A program made the translations under genes and the position numbers. Source: Lama glama (Eukaryota). From it: a stretch of DNA of 64,000 nucleotides. How positions within the stretch are numbered: position 1 is the stretch's first letter; each line of letters opens with the position of its first letter. The stretch spans positions 53,880,001 through 53,944,000 of the forward strand of contig CM052817.1 in NCBI GenBank assembly GCA_028534125.1, written 5' to 3'. The notes under the pieces were generated by a model that searched no databases, was not told the origin of the DNA, and saw nothing but the letters and a program-made list of their open reading frames with translations. This document shows positions 55,410 to 64,000 of this stretch, piece after piece.

Positions 55410-56147
55410 TGTTAGGTAGTTAGATAAGTGGGGGCACTGGGCAGACTGGTGGAGGATGGTCCAGAAGATGGTGTTATACCCACCTCCAGGATAAAGGGAC
55501 TTTACTTCTTCTAAATGAGTGCCAGCAAGAAGCCAGTTAGAACCCAACAGTCATGACTGTGCGGTAGCAGAAAGGACTTAACCAGACATGACCCAATGCT
55601 CATCGTATTATAATTAACATTGTGGTTTAGCCCCACCCACCATGAGTTTTCCCATGTACAGAATGGGTAACGACACGCGCAAAAGGGGAGAAACATGACT
55701 AAGCATTCCAGGGTCAAGAGCCATCAATCAATCAAGAGACAAATTCATACTGTATAGCACAGGGAACTATATTCAATATCTAGTAGTAACTTATAGTGAA
55801 AAAATATGAAAACAAATATACACATGTTCCTGTATGACTGAAGTATTGTGCTGTACACTAGAAATTGACACATTGTAAACCAACTATACTTCAATAAATA
55901 CATATATATTTTAAAAAAAGAGAGAGAGAGAGAGAGACCATCTCTAAGTGAGGTTTATAAGAGAAGGGGAGACAGAAACCCCCGTTTTATTTCCCTTGGG
56001 TCAGCCCGCCTCCCGTTCCTGGACGTGTACTTCTCCTTTTTTAAATACATCTTTTAAAGTCTTTCACTACACAGTGCACTGTCTCCCGACTGTAAACTCA
56101 TCTTTTGGGTATGACAAGAACTAGGGTCTTTACCTGCTGGGGTAACA
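55410..56147 (+). mobile_element. ERV1-like solo LTR, interrupted by an L1 fragment
   Basis: TGTTA...TAACA termini with 4-bp flanks gtag/gcag. Confidence 0.75.
55741..55932 (+). mobile_element. Extreme 3' end of a young L1 with A/(AG)n tail
   Basis: tactgtatagcacagggaactatattcaatatc...cttcaataaa matches the 3' end of the L1 at 19.4-20.1 kb. Flanks agagac/agagac. Confidence 0.92.
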
Positions 56148-56228
56148 GCAGTACTCGATGTAAAAATTCTTCAGGGATCCTCACAGCTCTTAAGATAATA
56201 CCCAAAATCCTTTTATGGCCTACAAGGC

Positions 56229-56689
56229 TGACAAAGATTCTTTGCTAGACCAAACTTTAATTAGACTCCTGAACCTCCTTTCAGGTCCATCTGTGCATGT
56301 CCTTGTAACATCCAGTTTTAGCAAGGACCCTGCTACGTCAGTGTAACCAGAATCCCTCACCCTCAATATCTGATCTCCGTACCTGGTCTGATTCCTCACC
56401 TTCCACCGTTTCCTTGGTGATGTCTGACCACCCTGGCTAGACTTCAGCAAGAATCCTATCGACTTGGCTCCAATCCCCCTCACTCTAATGTTTCCTTTTA
56501 GTAATTTTACATTCAGTGACCTCTGCCCTGTTCCTTGGCTATAAATTTCCACTGGTTTGGGCTGTATTTGGAGTTGAGCCCCTTTTATACTGAGGTCTTT
56601 ATTCCTCTACTGCAATATGTCTGAACAACAACAACAAAAATCTCTTTTTACCACTTTAACTACTGTCCAGCTCTGGTTTTTCCTTAAAA
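56229..56689 (+). mobile_element. MER31-like ERV1 solo LTR
   Basis: tgacaaagattctttgctagaccaaactttaattagactcctgaacc... with perfect 4-bp TSD aggc (56225-56228, 56690-56693). Confidence 0.85.
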
Positions 56690-59361
56690 AGGCCCTGCAT
56701 GATGAATCCTGCCTAAATACTCCACCTCTATCTCCAGTCCTGCCTCTCACTATGTTTCAGAATTATTATGTCCACTTACGTGTTAATTTTTTTATTCATT
56801 TATTATTTTTCTCACCTGTCTGGAGCGTATGTTTCATGAGAAGTCTTGACAGACTTGTAAAATGCACAGTTTCATCAATACCTGGCACAGGTTAGGTCCT
56901 AATCCATATCTGCTTAGTGAACAAATGAATCAACACACCATGACTTTTGTACGTCAGGGCCTTTGATTATACTATCCTTCAATTTTAATCTTGGTTAACT
57001 CACTTTCATTCTTCACTGTTCAGCTCAATAGTCACCACTCTAGAGTGGTTTTCCTTGACCATCCACCTTACGTATCTCCTTTATACCTCTAATCATCGCC
57101 TATTCATAATCTTGATTGTTCAACCTATACCTGATCTATTGTTCACCTCCTCCACTCCTAGGTAAAGTCCAGCTTTTCTCTCTTGTGCATCATTGTATTG
57201 CCCGTCACCTGTAGAGTAAGCTTGGCATATGGTAAGCACTCACTATATTATAGTTACATTAAAATTAATTTGACATAAATTCTACTATATATATTCAAAA
57301 AGAATTTGAGGGAGGATTTCATTTTCCATTTTCCAATGAGCTGATGACCTAGAGTGACTAGGGTTGCTGAGATATGTTCCCTTGGTTCTAAGCCTCCCTA
57401 CATCACTCATCACTAAGTACCTCCATGTCCAGAGAGGTTTGGGGTATTTCTTATTCATATTTTCTAATATTGAGGAATAAACCATTACTGTAAAAACTCT
57501 ATTTTATAGATAATTTTGAGGGCTCTTCAAGGTGGGTTTTGTTATTTGTTTTTTCAGCTTTACCCCCTAACTTCAGAATCTAACCCATGCACAAAATGCA
57601 ACTGTACATAAAATATTTGTTGAACATTGAATGAAAGTTACTCTTTCAGGAGAGCACAAAGAAAAGCTGTGGTATAATCTTATTGTCTGATACATGTTCA
57701 CGATTTTTAAATATACAGACATTCACAAGGAAAATATCATTATTTTAAACATGAAACAGTATCATAATTAAGCCAACAGGATTTAAGGAGGTTGAAAACA
57801 TTGCAAACTCTCTTGAGGACTCATTTTCTTGATCTTATGTATGAGCTACACTGAGTTTTAGACTAGAGCAATAGAGTGTTGCTGCTAAATTATACTACAC
57901 AATATTTGTATAGCATTCCATAGGGTCTGAAGCACATCCACATATAGTAGCATATTTGGGATTTAATAATTAAACAATCTTGGGAAAGAGGTTGTTGCTG
58001 TGGCTATGGGATTTGTCCATGATCATATAGTTAGCAATTTCAGGTTACTAGGATTAAATCCAAGGATTAGAACTGAAGCTGCATACCTCCTTGTGATTCT
58101 ATCCCAGAGAATCTGATGCCAAACTTAATAGGAGAACCTAGTTTCAGTGAGGGAAGTTGTTTTTTCGCTCGTCTCCTAAGAACTAGAAATAATTGCTGGA
58201 CCCAGAGCTATAACTAACAAAGAGAAAAGTGCTTCTTAGTATTGAGGGAGCCAAGTGCTTTTTAGAAGGCAATGCTGTTTGGCGTATTATGGGATGGACA
58301 ATACTCAAAGTCAGCGCTTCCCATACAGAAGCATATGCCTTTTAAAGCTAAGGAAACAAGATCCTCACTCTCCTCATTCTTGTGATAGTGATGTGTAGGA
58401 GGATGTTTTATCTGTAATAGTCTCAACTCCTTCCATCCACGTATAAAAGATGAATCTAGAGAAAAGAGATCTTATCTAATCTCAGGCAATTGACTCTAAA
58501 AGATACTTTGAATACTGAGGATTTACTGTACATTTTATTTTTATCATACCTATCTTCTAAATCTATTGTCAAGTAAGAATTATATTAAAGAAGGTACTAC
58601 TCCTGAGTGGTGTATGTGTGTGTGTATGCATGTGTTGTGTGGGCGCATCAAAAAATCGGAACCTTGCAGCTGTGGGCATTCAGCAGGTGGGGATGCAGGT
58701 GACAGTTATATTTGGAGGTCAAGTTGACTCCTTTTTCACCCCATCTCAGGCTCTGGTGGTGGCCTGACACACAGCTATAAGCCAGCTGTCTGCTCCTGGC
58801 AGTAAGGCAATTATTTTGAGTATACAGGTAGAAAAATAACTTTCTGGTGATTCTATAAATAATAACCATTTTGCAGAGAAAATACTGAAAAACACAAAAA
58901 CAGAACATTTTATCACAAATAAAGTATAAAAAATTTAGTACATTAATTTATATACAATTTGTGAAACATTGTAAGAATGTCTGATTTACTTTTTTGTGGT
59001 ATGATTTTAGGTATCTCTTTTGTGAAAAACCGTTAAGACATTTTATGAAAAAAGTAAAAGGTAACAGAATGGTAGTAGAACAAAGATATCCTATTTTTAT
59101 AAAAAAAGACAATAGACACACAAAACATTTGTCACTGGGCAATATGTACATAAGTGTTCACACTGCTTGTGCCATATTGTGTTCTTGAGATGAATAATGG
59201 AAACAGTGAGGAATTAAAAAGCATACTATACTCCGGATGGTCATATGCCCCATCCTTTGCTGGTAATGTTTCATTACTAATTACTTGCTATAGGAGGGAG
59301 TTTTGGAAATTAAGTCACAGTTTCTTTTGTACAAATGAAAAACTGCCAGACCAGATTTTAT

Positions 59362-59570
59362 AGATGCTTGGGTTTGAATCCTGGCTCCAATACTTTACAC
59401 TTGCCTGAACTTTATGAAGTTAAAAAAAACTCTCGATGTCTTAGTTTTTTCATTCACAAGTTATCAAAATAACACTAACTTATTCATGGGATTCAAGAAA
59501 TTAATGAAATAATTCATGTCAAGTGCTTAACAGCTCGGCACAAATCTTAAGTATAAATAGTAAGTGTTCA
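59362..59570 (+). mobile_element. MIR SINE
   Basis: cttgggtttgaatcctggctcc...aagtgcttaacagctcggcaca. Confidence 0.75.
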
Positions 59571-62500
59571 TATCATGTCAACTCAAAAAGGTGGTAATTA
59601 TTGAAATATCCCGAAGAATGTTATGATTGGCTGTCTTTGGGGACTGGGAGACAGGGAATCATATAGGTAATTTTTAGTTTGAACATATGATTTAAAGTTA
59701 ATTTGAATAATCAATGCTAGCTATTATTCTTGTTATTATTATTATTGACTAGCAATATCTCACTGTAAAAAAGTAGTGGCATTTAGAAAATACTAAATGT
59801 TTTCTCCCTGAACAAGTTAAAGCAGCTATGCTCCCATTTGTCTGAGTGAGACTAAAACCAAAATAAGACAAAGAGGAGTACTGGAATCTAAGGCAGCAAT
59901 CTGTGGAGAGCTGGGCCAGTGAGCAGTCTTAGGAGGGGACACAGAGAGCTTGGCGGTGGAGAGCTGTACGGAGGTGTGAAGTACAGAGAACTGAGCTCTG
60001 GTCACAGCTTCTTAGAGACATCCTAATCCTGGAGACATCCCTATTCCCTGAATAACAGCTCCACGGAGGAACCATCCTACTCTAGTCAAGGATCATTTTC
60101 ACTGGATCTGCCATCAAGCACACCGAATCTGAAGGTGACTGTTCAGGTTACAACAGTATCACGCTTCTATTTAATACCTTTTGAATTTTAAGAATATCTT
60201 TCCATCAGCCAGTAGGGAAGCAGAATTCAGACAAGCTCTCTTCTCATTCAGGCTCACTGAGAGATCACCAAGACAAGCCCATTAGGAACCTAATGTGATA
60301 AAGTACCACATCACACTACTCTCTGGAATAATTATTCTCAACACATGAATTTTATATTCCACAAGGGGCCTGCAGGAATGTACTAAATTATTTCAAATAA
60401 TAAATGTTGGCTTTTAAACAATAATTTATATTTCTAAAGTATGTTACAACTTACAAAATCTTCATGCATATTCCTAACAATACTGAATAAAAAGTACATT
60501 TTACTATCAAGTTTAGAATTTAGCTTCAACTAAATTCAACCCAAATTCAATTATTACTATATAGTATTATAGTAGTATGCTTGATGCTAGAAATGGAATA
60601 ATGATAAGGAAGTCTGAATGAAAAAAGTGGTAAGATTCTTATAAGACTAAAGGAGATAATGTGTATAAAATATTTTTTCCTGTGTCTGACACAAGATAAA
60701 TACTTAATGAATGGGAGTGGTGTTTACCATTAATAATAACAAGCTATACACTAAGCTTCTATCTTGTAGGTGTTCAGAGTATTTTAAACAGAGCAAAACA
60801 ATGTTTGGCACTTGCAAGTGTAGGAAAAGGGTGTTTAACATGGTCAAAGCACTCTGTTATATGCAAGTTTAATTTTTGTCACCACGGGTTAAGAGTGGAT
60901 AAAGATACAGAATTATGTTCCACCACATGATATCTGCTAACTAACTAGGTAAGTTAGAAAAACACCACCATAGCATATTAAACAATAAGCTTGGAGACTC
61001 CTCAATAAGAATGCCAGGCATCTTGCTCCTATTTCATTTTAATCAATTTAAAATGTTTTTATATTTCACTAAATAATATTGTGTGTCAATGTCTAAAATT
61101 TGTGATGCTAAATCTTTGGCTATAGCCTATTTTTAATACAGATGCCCCAGGCAGGATCATGTTTATTTTGATCTTAAAAAAAATATTTTTGGTGTGTAGA
61201 TTGCTGAATATAATTCAGTTTGCACACAGAATAACGCCTGGCATTATTCTAGTTCACTGATTATCTGCCATTGGAATCATGTTTATATTACTCGTTTTAT
61301 TATAGGAAAAACAGCTTAAAAAATAGATGCAGTTTTTCAAATGTGCCCAAATATTTTAGCTTTTTCTTGGAGTAGAAACTGTAACTGTCAACAATTAGCA
61401 AATGTACAAATTAGTGTTTAGTATTAGATTTCTGATCAAATTATAAGACCTTACCTAAAAGAAGATTATACAAAATACTGTACAAAATAAATACACTATA
61501 GTTTTCATCAGCTTTATTATGAGTGATTTTCCATATTGGAAGGTGAAGTATATCTGATAACTGTCAAATTTTTATTTAGCAGAATATTCAAAATATCATC
61601 CTTAGCAATATAAATGGAGGACATTTTTCAGAAGTTAATGTCTTTCCTTGGTTACTGACAGGAACTTATCTAAATTCCTAGTGATGGGAAGAATTCACAG
61701 GTAGTGCTCTATCACTGGCTGCTGAGGCTGTCAACAAAGTGTATAGAAAAACAATGAAATGAAACAAAACCAAGACAAAACAGAGTTTCAACTGAAGATA
61801 TGCCCTTGACTGATATATCTGCATTTAAATATTCACCTCTGCTTAGGGTTCCGATTCAGCTTCCAAAACAAATCCCACCCAAACACCTTCATTGAGTCAT
61901 TCTGCCTGTAATACAGACATGATTCCTGGGTAGGGTATTTTGTGAGAAATTAGGAAGCAAAATATAAGTTGGGGAGAAAGGATCCTTGGTGAGGACACGT
62001 GTCCTTCAGAACTGCAACTCCTAATGAGCCCTGCTAAGAAATCTGTGGTGCTTATTTACAAATCTACTACAAAATTACCAAAGTAGGCTTTCATTTCTAA
62101 TTATAATATACAGAATTAGGAAATATGTCGAAAAGCATGTAGAATTTATTTGCATACAGAAATATATAATCAATCCCATTAAATTAAGTACAAAATTGTA
62201 ACAAACTTCTTTTAATAATGAAAGGTTTAAAAATAATAGTGCTTCTAGATGAAGCTAATTTTTTTAAGTCCTGATTAATGAGACGTATGGCAAGAAAAAT
62301 TACTATAATGGTGAATGCTGATTCAGGGTCTTATTTTTATTAAGTAGTTTATAGTGAGGGCTATGACTATTTTTCTATTTATAGTGGCAGCTCTGGTTAA
62401 TTACCTTGTAACGTATTGTGACATTAATGCACTAGTAAACTATTGAAATTTACACCCTTATTCAGTAGCAAAATCTGTAAATTGAAGAATGTATATAAAG

Positions 62501-63409
62501 TTATCAGAAGCATAAATTATGTGACCAAATGTCATGTATGATCACATTAGATTTAAAGAACAGAATCTTACAAATTTACACATCAGTGTCACTGAATTTA
62601 CATACTTCAGCTACTTTGAAATATAGATTTCAACATTTTATTCAAAGTTATTTGGTAGCTTGCTGCTATTCTGTAAGGTTACTAAAATATATAACTATAT
62701 AATGAGCTAATAACTATAACTGCAATTGTATTAATCACAGACCAGTTTAGAAGGGTCTTTGGGTCAGTGCATGTAGAGGAACAATGTGAGAACTACAAGT
62801 TAACAAGACAATCATTCTAACATAGAGAGCACAATTGGAGGCAAATATCAAGCACGGATCATTGTTGGATTCTAGTGACTCATTTTTCACAGGTCAATAC
62901 CATGACTACTTTTACTAAGATGGTATTTTAAAGCGAAGCTCTTGATAATGCCTACCTACCTACTAACTCTTTAGGGTCTAGTTTTATGTTAGGTATTTGC
63001 CAGGAACCTGACACTAACTATTTCACTTAATCATCCCTATAAACATGCCAGGGTGACATTATCCTTGTTTTACAGGTGACAGACAGAAGCTGCTTCAGGT
63101 CATGCAGGGCTGCCTGACTGCCTGGCAGGTCTTCCTTCCCATATGCCACAGCAGCAAACCCGCAAGTACATAGTAACAGCCACATTTTATCTAGGGCCTA
63201 CCAGATGCCAGACTCTATATTACCCCTAATCCTCACAAAGACACTGTGGAGTTCTTATTTCTGATCTTCTGTGTAGTAGTTAAGGAAACTAAAGATAAGA
63301 AAGGTCTAGAACTCCCCAGTTTAAGTTTATCGGCTCTAAAGCCCTTCATTTTACCACTCAGTGTTTGTCTTATTTCATTCTAAATTTACTTTACTCTTTG
63401 TCTGCCTAG

Positions 63410-63870
63410 TTATGGTTGGTTGAAATGGCCCAAATTCCTCTCCTTCCTGTATCCATGGTCCTCTGGATTGTGGTTCCTCCATCAAGAGATGGAGTCTATT
63501 TCTTAAGTCTGGAGTTGGCTATGTGATTGGCTTTGGCTAATGGGACACAGCAAACAAGACACAGGCAGAATCTTGAACAATATTTGAACTTTGGGATGTT
63601 CCTATTTACTGGTAGGAATCCTGTCACAATGGGAATGAGCAGGGGCTAGTGGGCTGGAAGGTGACAGCCATATGGCCATCACCCCAGATGACATCAAGGT
63701 GACTACCAACCAAACATGTAAGTGAGTTTTCTCCCCTGAAAAATCCATCAGCCTGCTTAACTACTAAACATCCAACCTCAGTCAAGTCACCACAGATATA
63801 ATTCAATGAATTCTGAGAACTATAAAAATGTTTCTTGTTTTAAGCCACTGACTTTTAGAGTAGATTACTA
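63410..63870 (+). mobile_element. MaLR LTR (MLT1G/H-like)
   Basis: cctccatcaagagatggagtctatttc...gctttggctaatggga...ttgttttaagccact. Confidence 0.75.
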
Positions 63871-64000
63871 CACTATCCTATCCATGATTGTACAGTACTC
63901 TTTTCAAATCATACTGGGATCACGTGAAGAATTAAATTAAAGCCATCAATTTGCATAAACCTTTGACAGGAACAACATTCTACTAAGCATTAACATGTCT

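Larger units (their letters stand above)
55340..56930 (+). mobile_element. L2 element split into three pieces by two LTR insertions
   Basis: aaatcagatcatgt|LTR|...caaaatccttttatggcctacaaggc|LTR|cctgcatgat...cctggcacag...tgaacaaatgaat is collinear with the recalled L2 consensus. Confidence 0.8.
1082..64000 (-). other. ADGRL3: Large ADGRL3 intron upstream of the 303-nt exon (the preceding exon lies beyond the window)
   Basis: No intact ADGRL3 exon found by eye in 1082-64000. Content is repeats and AT-rich unique DNA, and ADGRL3 is known to have very long introns. Confidence 0.85.

Overview
Mammalian genomic DNA, AT-rich and repeat-dense. It is almost entirely one large intron of the adhesion GPCR latrophilin-3 gene (ADGRL3/LPHN3), which lies on the minus strand. 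The only confidently coding sequence is a 303-nt phase-1/phase-1 exon at 779-1081 (Ser/Thr-rich linker plus start of the HRM domain). The rest is interspersed repeats: young lineage-specific L1 3' ends whose 3'UTR style suggests a camelid/cetartiodactyl genome, old L1M, L2, MIR, MaLR/ERV solo LTRs and MER DNA transposons. Repeat family names come from recalled consensus sequences, not a database search. Best observations: (1) about 0.9 kb upstream of the real exon lies a decayed exon-like segment (1988-2220) whose translation resembles the preceding ADGRL3 linker exon (AHHG..IS..P..LESE), suggesting a vestigial duplicated or poison exon; (2) an L1 insertion with a perfect 16-bp TSD that encloses about 170 bp of non-L1 sequence, a probable 3' transduction; (3) a nested L2/ERV-LTR/L1 cluster at 55.3-56.9 kb. 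No prokaryotic-type system, RNA gene or CRISPR array is supported.
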